In this document: piece by piece, positions 1 through 7,954 of the stretch
Layout: every line of letters begins with the position of its first letter
Numbering within the stretch: the first letter of the stretch is position 1
DNA from: Candidatus Saccharimonadota bacterium
Lineage (GTDB): Bacteria > Patescibacteriota > Saccharimonadia > Saccharimonadales > Saccharimonadaceae
DNA: 32,000 nt
Direction: 5' to 3'
Assembly: GCF_025273655.1 (NCBI RefSeq)
Contig: NZ_CP045921.1
Coordinates: forward strand, 90,001-122,000
Made by a program: the position numbers and the translations under genes
Notes under the pieces: generated by a model
What the model was told of the DNA's origin: nothing
The model's database searches: none
What the model saw: the letters and a program-made list of their open reading frames with translations, nothing else

Positions 1-333
1 TTTGATGCTACTATAGAGATGCAGCTACAAGCCGGTCTAGTACCCAAAAGCTACCAAGAAACCCGCCGTGAGACGTGGCATATGTCCGACGGCACAGAGG
101 TAGTGATAGACGAGTGGCCATGGCTACGGCCATTTATCGAGGTAGAAGGCGAGAGCGAAGAGGCGGTACGAACAGCGGCGGACAGTCTGGGCTTTGACTG
201 GGGCGACGCGGTGTTTGGTGCTGCTACTGCCGCCTATCGTCAGCAATACACGCACCTGTCGGACGATTTCATCATGGATCAGCTGCCAGAGATTCGGTTT
301 GATGCGCCAGTGCCGGAGCAACTACAAATATAG
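1..333 (+). CDS. CYTH-domain protein (CyaB-like class IV adenylate cyclase / triphosphatase family), C-terminal part; 5' end lies outside the window
   Basis: The reading frame is open from base 1, with no stop before the listed ATG at 19. '...VVIDEWPWLRPFIEVEGESEEAV...LGF' resembles the C-terminal 'lD.v..lG.fvEiE' strand of CYTH proteins. The N-terminal ExExK signature would lie outside the window. Confidence 0.45.
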   Translation, partial: FDATIEMQLQAGLVPKSYQETRRETWHMSDGTEVVIDEWPWLRPFIEVEGESEEAVRTAADSLGFDWGDAVFGAATAAYRQQYTHLSDDFIMDQLPEIRFDAPVPEQLQI

Positions 334-396
334 TTTTAATATTTTTCAAAAATATAATTCATGCTACACTAAATCCATAATTATGGAGGGGTGAGT

Positions 397-3042
397 GTGA
401 ACGTACGATTATTTGCCGGTGCCGCAGTGCTGGTTTTGTCTATTGTAGGGGTGGTTCATGCCGATTCATACGCGGTAGAAAATCTGAGATGGGATGACGT
501 GACGGGCGCAACCGTGACGTCGGGCTTCAGTCTGGAATCCGAGCGAAAGTCATGGCATTTTGGCAATTGCCGCGAAGAGCAAGGCGAAGTAGAGGGCTAC
601 TCTCCGAGGATATCAACCACACTCTGCGTAGTACGGAGCGCAAACCTTGCTTTTGCATCGTATAGTGACGGAGGTTCACAGCGATACGCCGCCAAGCTGG
701 CGTCGGATACGGTCTTTCACTTGATCGATAATACATACTTGCCTGCAAATCCCCTCTTGTTGGCAGATGACACGTTTTTGACGTTGAATTTTGCTGCTGG
801 CCCACCGCAACTTGTAACTATTGGCGCTGTACACACTAAGCTGATAGAAAAACAGATCCAGTCGGGTCCGGATACTTTTCGCAAGGTGTACGCCGTCGAT
901 GCCTCTCAGGGTGTTACCGTGACCGATGCGAGTGGCCATGCGCTTTTTGCGGGTGCGGTCGCTGTCTCGACAAACGGGCGCTACGCCGCCTCTGCTGTAT
1001 ATGGTAGCGGTATCGTGCGTATTGACTTGCAGACAAAAAAGGCCAAGCTGATCGCAAGCAACAGGGTCAATTCACAGAATCAAAATATCCAACTCGCGAT
1101 TTCTAATGACGGCTCACGTGTTGTCGTGTCCGATCAAGATCTTGGCAAAAGCAGCGTATATATGGTCGGTGACGCGTGTGGCCGCTCTGATTTCTATGCC
1201 AATTCGAAAATTGATCAGCCATGCCCATCGATTGATTTTTCTACTGAACTATCTAACGCAATGGATAAGCGAAGCGCGTATCGTGCGGTCATTGGTGCCG
1301 ATGATACGGTCAACTTCTATTATTGGGATTCGAGTCAGTCGCTCGGCCGCATGGCTATTGTGAAGCCAGATTCGACTAAACTTCGCCTACAGTATTTGGC
1401 ACTAGGGGACTCATATTCGAGTGGTGAAGGTGATACAGAGAAGACGGCATCGGGCGGCAAGTACTACCGTGATTTTACCGACAAAGAAGAGGATACCCTT
1501 GTGAGAACACCACGCGAGAAGTGTCATATTAGTACTAGGTCATACCCGTACTTACTTGCGGCAGATATGGGACTTGGTAGTCCAGCTACGAACTCGACCA
1601 CCAAATGGCAGTCGGTGGCATGCTCGGGCGCGCAAACATATGATATTGCAAATAGTGACAGTGGGTATCTTGGTCAAGGCTGGGGTGGCAAGGACCCGGG
1701 ACGACCAAGGCTGCAAGGCTATGTTGATGCGACACAACTGCAGACCCAGGCACTCAGTGATTTTATACCTGGACGCGTGCAGCAGATTGAGTTCGTGAAG
1801 AAGTATCGGCCGAAGGTGATCACGCTGACAATGGGCGGAAATGATGCAGGATTCGGTGCAATTATGGACGCCTGTGCCAACCTCACTTCGCCAGGAACAT
1901 GTGATTTTGCAACACTCGACAGACGTCAGAAGCTCAAAAATGGCCTGTTGGATATTTATGATGATCTCGTAGAGACTTATTCAACCGTGCGTAATGTTAC
2001 TGGCGGCCAGTCAAAGATATATGTAGTTGGCTATCCTCAGTTTATTAATGGAGCCCAGGGGGCTAAATGCAAGAACACGCTCAATTTGAATGATGAAGAG
2101 CGAAAAATGATTTATAACTCAGTAGAATATTTCAATAATATAATCGAATCTGCCGCACTTAGGGTGGGCGTCAAGTATCTTGACGTTGAGGATTCACTAG
2201 GTAATTACAGGCTGTGTGACAATTCAAAAGATGAAGATAAAAAAGTCACAGCGATCACTGGCTACATGGGGTGGAATGGCAACGACTTGCAAGAAAGCTT
2301 TCATCCAAATGCAAAAGGGCAGAGGGCAATGGCTAGTAGTATTTCGCAACTACTCGACGGTAAGAGCCTGAGTAGCTATACCTGGTGTTTAAATTCGCAG
2401 GCTGTGTGTCCGGATAGCGCGGCCTCCTCTAGTGCGGTTCATACGCCAGCGGGAGGGTATTTCGAAGACGGTGCGTCGACTGCCGTGAAGCTAAAAAAGA
2501 AAGATGTTGCGGCGAGGGAGGTGCAGAAAGGTGGCTCGCTTGACCTTAAACTTATGACTGGCGCGGGAGTGCCAGGGTCTACTTTCTTGGTCACTCTACA
2601 CTCTGACCCAGTTAATTTGGGCAGCCTAACTTTTAATTCCGACGGCGGGGCATCTGCAACTGTCTCAGTGCCCGAGTCAACTCCAGCTGGCTACCATACG
2701 CTTGTTCTGGCGGGTGAAGCACCTGGCGGTGAGCAAGTTGAATACTATCAAAGTATTCTTGTCGTCGGTCGAGATCAGAGCGATCTAGACGATAATGGTA
2801 CGCCAGACTCACAGCAGGCCTGCGGGGTATTTGTTGCAACTGCGAATCAAGATGTCGATCGTGACGGTATTGACGATGCTTGTGACAGCGAGGTTATTCA
2901 GCCAACTGAGACGACCCCGACAAATCCATCGACACCGACGGTGCCGACCCCTAGCCCCAGCCTTATACAAAAGCTTACTTCATTCATAACGAGTGTGTTA
3001 AAATCTATCATAACGGTATTGTATAAGCTATTCTTGTGCTAG
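397..3042 (+). CDS. Secreted multidomain SGNH/GDSL hydrolase (esterase/lipase-like) with N-terminal PD40/beta-propeller-like region, Ig-like region, TSP3-type Ca-binding repeats, PT linker and C-terminal hydrophobic tail
   Basis: 883-aa ORF. SD GGAGGGG lies at 385-390, so GTG at 397 is better spaced than GTG at 391. Signal peptide NVRLFAGAAVLVLSIVGVVHA|DS. SGNH blocks: 'LALGDSYSSGEG' (block I Ser), 'TLTMGGNDAGF' (block III GxND), 'ESFHPNAKG' (block V His). 'STNGRYAA...ISNDGSRVVV' look like PD40 repeats. 'DVDRDGIDDACD' matches the TSP3 DxDxDGxxDxxD motif. Confidence 0.8.
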   Translation: MNVRLFAGAAVLVLSIVGVVHADSYAVENLRWDDVTGATVTSGFSLESERKSWHFGNCREEQGEVEGYSPRISTTLCVVRSANLAFASYSDGGSQRYAAKLASDTVFHLIDNTYLPANPLLLADDTFLTLNFAAGPPQLVTIGAVHTKLIEKQIQSGPDTFRKVYAVDASQGVTVTDASGHALFAGAVAVSTNGRYAASAVYGSGIVRIDLQTKKAKLIASNRVNSQNQNIQLAISNDGSRVVVSDQDLGKSSVYMVGDACGRSDFYANSKIDQPCPSIDFSTELSNAMDKRSAYRAVIGADDTVNFYYWDSSQSLGRMAIVKPDSTKLRLQYLALGDSYSSGEGDTEKTASGGKYYRDFTDKEEDTLVRTPREKCHISTRSYPYLLAADMGLGSPATNSTTKWQSVACSGAQTYDIANSDSGYLGQGWGGKDPGRPRLQGYVDATQLQTQALSDFIPGRVQQIEFVKKYRPKVITLTMGGNDAGFGAIMDACANLTSPGTCDFATLDRRQKLKNGLLDIYDDLVETYSTVRNVTGGQSKIYVVGYPQFINGAQGAKCKNTLNLNDEERKMIYNSVEYFNNIIESAALRVGVKYLDVEDSLGNYRLCDNSKDEDKKVTAITGYMGWNGNDLQESFHPNAKGQRAMASSISQLLDGKSLSSYTWCLNSQAVCPDSAASSSAVHTPAGGYFEDGASTAVKLKKKDVAAREVQKGGSLDLKLMTGAGVPGSTFLVTLHSDPVNLGSLTFNSDGGASATVSVPESTPAGYHTLVLAGEAPGGEQVEYYQSILVVGRDQSDLDDNGTPDSQQACGVFVATANQDVDRDGIDDACDSEVIQPTETTPTNPSTPTVPTPSPSLIQKLTSFITSVLKSIITVLYKLFLC

Positions 3043-3068
3043 ATCGAGAGAATATCCAAAGGAATAAG

Positions 3069-3350
3069 ATGAAAGATAAAACAAAAACATCTCTGATACT
3101 GGCGCAACTAGGCTGCTTGGCGAGCTTACCCCTGTTTTACTATTTTGTAGGTCCGGTGCTATCGTCACAGGGCTCGCGCGCATGGTTGGCGGGTGTTGCG
3201 GCGATCGCTGCTAGCGTAGGAGTCGCACTGTTCGGTACAGTGGCGCTGAAGCGCTTATCCGGTATATCTAAAGTGTATGGTCTATTAGGGATATGCGCGT
3301 CAATAGCTTACTTGCTGTATGGTATCTTTGCACTTACTTTCCACCTTTAG
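3069..3350 (+). CDS. Small integral membrane protein (about 93 aa, 3 predicted TM helices), tandem family member 1
   Basis: ATG at 3069 is preceded by AAGGA. There are three hydrophobic stretches. It shares 'LKRLSGISKVYGLLG' with 'FKLPGKSKVLPIVG' of the 3775 ORF. Confidence 0.55.
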   Translation: MKDKTKTSLILAQLGCLASLPLFYYFVGPVLSSQGSRAWLAGVAAIAASVGVALFGTVALKRLSGISKVYGLLGICASIAYLLYGIFALTFHL

Positions 3351-3462
3351 CTTTAGTTGTAACTTTTGAAGGTTTTGCGTATACGAAAAAGCCAGCAACT
3401 AATTTCGTTGTAATCGTCTCAATGCTAGTAAGTGTTCTTTGGTTATTTCGGGTGAGATGTAT

Positions 3463-3747
3463 ATGGGTGGTGTCCTGATACTGTCGCTATCTGTACTCGT
3501 TTCGATGATAGTTATATTTCGTAGACACGCTATCTCTACGCATCTAGATAGGTTGGGTGTGCTATCTTGGGTGGCACTGGCGATCTGGATCTTTATTGTT
3601 GCAAACTTTCTGTTGTTGATTTCTGGAGCAAATCCGTTTGGCACAGGGCTCGACGGTTTGGGTAACTGGGCAAAGATGAGTGCTGTGCTCGGTGTCGCAG
3701 GTATTATCGTCACAAGCACGCAACTTGTACGCACAAGCCGACGGTAG
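3463..3747 (+). CDS. Small integral membrane protein (about 94 aa, 3 predicted TM helices), tandem family member 2
   Basis: GGTGAG lies 6 nt upstream of ATG 3463; the ORF is open from TTG 3439. There are three hydrophobic stretches. The loop before TM3, 'AKMSAVLG', parallels 'SKVYGLLG' and 'SKVLPIVG' in the neighbours. Confidence 0.5.
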   Translation: MGGVLILSLSVLVSMIVIFRRHAISTHLDRLGVLSWVALAIWIFIVANFLLLISGANPFGTGLDGLGNWAKMSAVLGVAGIIVTSTQLVRTSRR

Positions 3748-3774
3748 AATATGCAAGCTAGAAAGGGTAGGCAG

Positions 3775-4068
3775 ATGAGTAAAGCAGGAGTAACTCCCGA
3801 AGCAAACTTGGCGTCTATTACCAGCACGGTGACCCTCCTGCCCTTAATTGGTCTATTTATTGTCGCCGCAATAAACACTGAGAGCAACTATCGTCTTGCC
3901 GGTACCATCGCGGGCTACGTCATGTACATGAGCCTATTGTGTTCCGCGGTGCTTTTCTTGGCAATATTCAAATTGCCAGGCAAGAGCAAGGTTCTACCTA
4001 TTGTCGGGCTGCTACTTGCTCTCGCAGCCAGCGGCGCTGCATACTTAACTCACTGGTTTAATGTGTAG
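3775..4068 (+). CDS. Small integral membrane protein (about 97 aa, 3 predicted TM helices), tandem family member 3
   Basis: AGGGTAGG precedes ATG 3775; the ORF is open from 3751. There are three hydrophobic stretches. The 'LAG' and 'KLPGKSKV' motifs are shared with member 1. Confidence 0.55.
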   Translation: MSKAGVTPEANLASITSTVTLLPLIGLFIVAAINTESNYRLAGTIAGYVMYMSLLCSAVLFLAIFKLPGKSKVLPIVGLLLALAASGAAYLTHWFNV

Positions 4069-4127
4069 ACCGATAGGTCCAATCTAAATTAATATCCACC
4101 TTATAAAAAACCTTACACTAATGCCGA

Positions 4128-4159
4128 GGCGACTTGCTTAACCTCGAAAGCAAGTCGCC
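4128..4159. terminator. Perfect 12-bp hairpin between convergent genes (candidate bidirectional terminator)
   Basis: GGCGACTTGCTT (4128-4139), an 8-nt loop, then AAGCAAGTCGCC (4148-4159). It lies between the + gene ending at 4068 and the - gene ending at 4213. The T-tracts are weak, with an A6 run about 18 nt upstream. Confidence 0.45.
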
Positions 4160-4212
4160 CGCATCGATCTCTCGAGACGGGCGTCTGCTAGTAGGGGCAG
4201 GGCGAACCTCAC

Positions 4213-4635
4213 TCAGGCTAGGGACTTGCGAAGCGCGAGTACCGCGCAAAGAACTTGTTGTGTTGCCTTGGCTGTTCTTGTGGTGGAGTCGAGCTCGCAT
4301 ACAGCACTTGTAAGGTCGCGACTCAAGGCCTCCGATAGTGCCGACGATCGCAGCACTTTCTTTGCTCGGCTGGACAATTCAGCAGCTTCGCTGCACCATG
4401 CATTCAGCATGCCGGCGCAGTCGATTCCGCGCCAGCGATCGAACATCGAAGACGTGTCTTTGGCGAGAATTTGCTCGGCAATTTCCATCCGGCCATCTAC
4501 ACCGTGATTGGCGAGTTTGTACCGAATCTGATGCAGCAGTGAACGAGCCCGCCAGTTGACATACGTGCACTTCATGTCGCGCCATAATGCGGAGAAATCC
4601 GCATCATGAGGGTAGTGACTCAACGGCGTTGTCAT
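4213..4635 (-). CDS. Hypothetical protein (about 140 aa, predicted all-helical), no family recognised
   Basis: It is the longest ORF in the region. GGGAG lies 5 nt upstream of ATG 4635; an alternative ATG is at 4647. A TTGACT-17-TAGGGT promoter-like sequence lies upstream on the - strand. Confidence 0.45.
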   Translation of the reverse strand: MTTPLSHYPHDADFSALWRDMKCTYVNWRARSLLHQIRYKLANHGVDGRMEIAEQILAKDTSSMFDRWRGIDCAGMLNAWCSEAAELSSRAKKVLRSSALSEALSRDLTSAVCELDSTTRTAKATQQVLCAVLALRKSLA

Positions 4636-4731
4636 AGCCGCTCCCATCTTCTAGCAGGGACACCTCGGAATGAGGATGTATATTACCCTACAACGTACGT
4701 ATGTATAAGTCAATCTTTTGGAGAAAGTATG

Positions 4732-5298
4732 CTAGTAGTTTTTTAGCTGCTCTACTGCCTCTAGCAGGCTCGTCTTTACGTCGCCGAAATAGATCTTGCA
4801 GTCCGCATGTACACGGATGTCGGTCAAGCCATCTTTGGTAGCTGGAACCGTAGCAGCAGGAGGATCAGTAGTTGCGGAATGAGGGTTTTCGCTTTTGGTG
4901 AGAGATACAATCTTGTCGCATGTTGGGCTCTCATCTTGAGTTTGTTGTCCCACTGTGGAGTTGACGCTGAAGTAGAGTGACTCGTGGTTTTTTAGACTGA
5001 AGTAATCGTACCGCAACTCCCTGGTCGTATCGGTGAGTGGCAAATATATCTTGGCCTCGGGGATATAGACTCTGTTTTCTGAGACATCTATGACCGGATA
5101 TTTGTATCTCTTTTGCTCGGATTCATTTACTAATGTATAGATGCGCTGTGAAGAAATTTCGGAACTATCATTGTGGCTCTTTATGATATACCACAGCGAT
5201 ACTATCTGTGCCACCAAGAGGAGCATGACTACGACCCAAAGTACGAGTAGAGATTTATTTCTTTGTAGTTTTTTTGTTGTAGAGTGTTTTTTGCTCAT
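4732..5298 (-). CDS. Hypothetical membrane-anchored protein (N-terminal TM helix, about 150-aa extracytoplasmic domain)
   Basis: The basic N-terminus 'MSKKHSTTKKLQRNK' is followed by the TM segment 'SLLVLWVVVMLLLVAQIVSLWYII'. A leaderless-type promoter sits directly upstream. Confidence 0.6.
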   Translation of the reverse strand: MSKKHSTTKKLQRNKSLLVLWVVVMLLLVAQIVSLWYIIKSHNDSSEISSQRIYTLVNESEQKRYKYPVIDVSENRVYIPEAKIYLPLTDTTRELRYDYFSLKNHESLYFSVNSTVGQQTQDESPTCDKIVSLTKSENPHSATTDPPAATVPATKDGLTDIRVHADCKIYFGDVKTSLLEAVEQLKNY

Positions 5299-5304
5299 AA
5301 AATT

Positions 5305-5313
5305 ATAGTAGCA
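5305..5313 (-). promoter_or_regulatory. Extended -10 element TGcTACTAT, 6 nt upstream of the ATG at 5298 (leaderless-type)
   Basis: The reverse complement of 5305-5313 reads TGCTACTAT. 'AATTTT' and then ATG follow. Confidence 0.45.
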
Positions 5314-5341
5314 CGGTCATGCCTAGTCTAGGAAAGCAGAA

Positions 5342-5396
5342 GTGCCCCGATATCCCGGGAGCACTCCTGCTGGAGCGGCCTTCCCTGGCGGGGCAC
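5342..5396 (-). terminator. Structured hairpin (8-bp GC-rich outer stem, 39-nt partly self-paired interior) downstream of the 5414 gene
   Basis: GTGCCCCG (5342-5349) pairs with CGGGGCAC (5389-5396), with an inner CTCC/GGAG pairing. On the - strand it is followed by TTCTGCTTTCC. It sits 18 nt after the stop at 5414. Confidence 0.35.
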
Positions 5397-5413
5397 AAAA
5401 TTGGTAGGTGCGC

Positions 5414-5683
5414 TTATGCCACCTTCAGTCCCAGAAGGGTCTGAATTCCACCGTGCGCGCCGTTGAGATAGATGTTTTCAAAAGCACATCTTTCGTCGTA
5501 GGGGCACGACATGACATCATGGATGTACTGCCATGATGTCACTGGGTCTCCATCCGACACTAATTGGCGGAGGCAGCACGCTTCGTGGAAGCATGTGCGA
5601 AACTGGTCCACATGGCGCTCCAGGTAGTCCTGTACGGCCTTGGCCTGCTCTTCGGTCCATTTCTCCGCATCAACTTCACACAT
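5414..5683 (-). CDS. Hypothetical small Cys-rich protein (89 aa, 6 Cys)
   Basis: AGAGAGGAAG SD lies 4 nt upstream of the ATG. No family was recognised. Confidence 0.45.
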   Translation of the reverse strand: MCEVDAEKWTEEQAKAVQDYLERHVDQFRTCFHEACCLRQLVSDGDPVTSWQYIHDVMSCPYDERCAFENIYLNGAHGGIQTLLGLKVA

Positions 5684-5736
5684 TTGACTTCCTCTCTAGG
5701 GGTAGTGACTACAGGTATGTACGAGGGATTCGCGGG

Positions 5737-5955
5737 CTAGACCGTGCCATTTGCCATGAGCCGTGCCGTCACAAGGTGGGCGGCGAAGTTGTCGTCATGC
5801 ATCGGTTCGCCATTTTTGGTGGCCGCGTAAATTGTGCGCGGTAACTGAGCACGGAGATAGCCTGTCGGCCATGGCCAGCGAGATTGTTTGCGTCGCCAGA
5901 TTTTGTTGACAAGCTCGGCAAGCTTTTGCCTGTTTTCGTCAGTTTGTGACCTCAT
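5737..5955 (-). CDS. Hypothetical small protein (72 aa)
   Basis: GAAGAAGGTG SD lies 5 nt upstream of the ATG, with a TATAAT-containing AT-rich region upstream. It is the first gene of a two-gene unit with the 5414 gene. Confidence 0.4.
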   Translation of the reverse strand: MRSQTDENRQKLAELVNKIWRRKQSRWPWPTGYLRAQLPRTIYAATKNGEPMHDDNFAAHLVTARLMANGTV

Positions 5956-6103
5956 AGCTGCACCTTCTTCTAATAGGTTCTCCCGGTAATATGGGATATT
6001 ATAATCTTACAATATTTAGTATAAAAAGCAACGCAACCATTGCTTTTAATTGAATTATATTTTATGATTATGAAACCTGTCCACTAGTGAAAGGTAAGAA
6101 AAG

Positions 6104-6487
6104 ATGGGTGCAAAAAGAGGCCGTCCGGCACTCGAAGGGATGCTATATGCCCCGCCGGCAACTTTCTGGGAACAAGCGCTCGCGGCACACGGCAATCCGT
6201 CGTATGTGCGTCGGCTCAACCGTGATACGGGACGAGAGGTGCTGTACTGCGTGGGGAACTGGGCAAATATCGAGCACTTTTCGTTCGCTGTCGTTGCCGA
6301 GTTTCATCAGCCGAGTCCAACGAGGTACTATGGGCCTCCAGCTACGCTCTATCTGGCCACTGGCCTAGGGCAATACGTGGCTAGTATTCAGCAGGGTGCT
6401 TCGGAGCCTGAGTTGCTGCACCCGGCTTTCGACATGGAGTCGGTGATGATCGCGCTGTCGCTGCTCGCTTTTGCAGAAGCAGTGTGA
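6104..6487 (+). CDS. Hypothetical protein (127 aa) with AT-hook-like N-terminus (KRGRP)
   Basis: ATG is preceded by AAAGGTAAG. The N-terminus 'MGAKRGRPALE' contains the R-G-R-P core. It diverges from the 5955 gene across a roughly 150-bp AT-rich region. Confidence 0.45.
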   Translation: MGAKRGRPALEGMLYAPPATFWEQALAAHGNPSYVRRLNRDTGREVLYCVGNWANIEHFSFAVVAEFHQPSPTRYYGPPATLYLATGLGQYVASIQQGASEPELLHPAFDMESVMIALSLLAFAEAV

Positions 6488-6527
6488 GTGCATCCCCTGC
6501 ACGTATGAATTTTCCGGACACGGACAG

Positions 6528-6575
6528 GAAACCCGACCAATTTGCGCTACCATGGTGCGAGGAGGTCGGTTTTTC
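6528..6575 (+). terminator. Imperfect long hairpin followed by a T5 run (candidate terminator of the 6104 gene)
   Basis: CCGACC (6533-6538) pairs with GGTCGG (6564-6569). There is an inner CGC/GCG pairing and an ACCATGGT palindrome. AAA lies upstream and TTTTT downstream. Confidence 0.4.
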
Positions 6576-6582
6576 TTTGCGG

Positions 6583-6588
6583 TATAAT
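6583..6588 (+). promoter_or_regulatory. -10 box TATAAT, 8 nt upstream of the zwf ATG (leaderless-type)
   Basis: The sequence reads ggTATAATagatacatATG. There is no SD. Confidence 0.45.
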
Positions 6589-6596
6589 AGATACAT

Positions 6597-7877
6597 ATGA
6601 CTACAAAACTCCTCATCTTCGGTATTACGGGCGACCTGAGCCGCCGCAAACTCATCCCTGCGCTAGAGCGGATCGTGCAGACAGGCACTTACACGGATCT
6701 CGAGATTATCGGTGTGTCTCGGCGCGAAGTGGACGTAGCGATGCTCATGCGTGAGCCGCAGCTAGTGGAGCGTACTCGTGTAGTAACGATGGATCTCACA
6801 GTAGCCTCAGACTATGAACGGCTCAAGTCGGAAATAGGACTGAGTGAGGGCGACCAATTGTTGATTTACCTCTCCGTACCGCCGACCGCTTCTGGCCAGA
6901 TCGTGCAGCTTCTCGGTGGGGCAGGTCTCAACGACGACCGAGTAAAACTCATGCTCGAGAAGCCGTTTGGTACCGATCTGGAAAGTGCACGAGCCATGGC
7001 GGAGCGTATCGGCGAGTGGTTTGACGATGAACAAGTGTACCGTATTGATCACTATCTTGCCAAAGAGATGGCGCAAAATATCGTAGCGTTTCGCGCACAT
7101 AACGCACTGTTTGCTCATGTGTGGGACAATACGGCAATCGAAAAAATCGAAATCCATGCATACGAGTCTATAGATATCGAAGGACGAGCGCAGTTTTATG
7201 AACAGACAGGTGCGCTACGCGATATCGTGCAAGGCCACCTGATGCAACTCCTTAGCTTGGTGATTATGGATATCCCTGGCGATATGCACTGGAGTCAGGT
7301 GTCGCAGCATCGTCTCGGTGCCTTGCAGAGTCTGCGACCTGTCGACACGACAAAGACAATTCGGGCGCAATATGTTGGTTATCAGGATGAAGTCGAAAAT
7401 CCTGGCAGTAGCACCGAAACATTTGTGTCTGTGGAGCTTGAGAGTGATGCGCCGAAGTGGCAGGGCGTTCCACTGTATCTCGCGACGGGTAAGGCGTTGG
7501 ATCAGAAACTGACCGAGATAAAAGTGCATTTCAAGAAATTTCATGATGCGCAGACGAACTGTCTCGTGTTTCGCATTCAGCCAGAGGAGGGTATAGAAAT
7601 CGCGCTTAATACACTTAAGCCAGATTATGAGTATGAATATGAAGAGACTCGACTTTCGTTTAATTATCCTGCGGGTACAGTGTTACCCGAAGCATACGAG
7701 CAGGTTATTGTCGACGCGATTCGTGGTCATAAACACATCTTTACGTCGAGTGCCGAAGTGATTCGTAGTTGGGAGGTGTTGCAGCCGCTGGTAAGTGAAT
7801 GGTCCATGCAAAGTGCATGTGAGACACTGTATGAGAAAGGTAGTTCTGCTGAGCAGATTACCTCTTTAGCTTCGTAG
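6597..7877 (+). CDS. zwf: Glucose-6-phosphate 1-dehydrogenase
   Basis: 'LLIFGITGDLSRRKLIPAL' is the NADP-binding GxxGDLxxRKL motif. 'LEKPFG' and 'YRIDHYLAKEMAQNI' match the RIDHYLGKE active-site signature. At 426 aa it is shorter than typical enzymes of about 490 aa. Confidence 0.88.
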   Translation: MTTKLLIFGITGDLSRRKLIPALERIVQTGTYTDLEIIGVSRREVDVAMLMREPQLVERTRVVTMDLTVASDYERLKSEIGLSEGDQLLIYLSVPPTASGQIVQLLGGAGLNDDRVKLMLEKPFGTDLESARAMAERIGEWFDDEQVYRIDHYLAKEMAQNIVAFRAHNALFAHVWDNTAIEKIEIHAYESIDIEGRAQFYEQTGALRDIVQGHLMQLLSLVIMDIPGDMHWSQVSQHRLGALQSLRPVDTTKTIRAQYVGYQDEVENPGSSTETFVSVELESDAPKWQGVPLYLATGKALDQKLTEIKVHFKKFHDAQTNCLVFRIQPEEGIEIALNTLKPDYEYEYEETRLSFNYPAGTVLPEAYEQVIVDAIRGHKHIFTSSAEVIRSWEVLQPLVSEWSMQSACETLYEKGSSAEQITSLAS

Positions 7878-7907
7878 TCGCACGAAAGTGAGTAACTATA
7901 AAGTGAG

Positions 7908-7936
7908 ATGCCCCGTAGCTGGCTGCTACGGGGCAT
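7908..7936. terminator. Perfect 11-bp hairpin between convergent zwf and the 7955 gene
   Basis: ATGCCCCGTAG (7908-7918), a 7-nt loop, then CTACGGGGCAT (7926-7936). A second small hairpin, GGGTC/GACCC, lies at 7940-7955. Confidence 0.6.
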
Positions 7937-7954
7937 GGTGGGTCTTGGAAGACC

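Noticed and set aside
4068-4078. The 11-mer GACCGATAGGT occurs right after two TAG stops: 4068-4078 after the third small membrane gene, and 10758-10768 after pyrG. It could be a shared post-gene element.
   Set aside because: In 32 kb, more than 100 chance 11-mer repeats are expected (N^2/2 divided by 4^11). There is no extended similarity or convincing shared hairpin beyond the 11 nt.
4213-4635. HEPN-like Rx4-6H motif ('RARSLLH') in the roughly 140-aa helical orphan, suggesting an RNase toxin
   Set aside because: It is a single short motif near the N-terminus rather than in the usual C-terminal helix. There is no adjacent nucleotidyltransferase or antitoxin partner. It is too weak to call without a profile or structure match.
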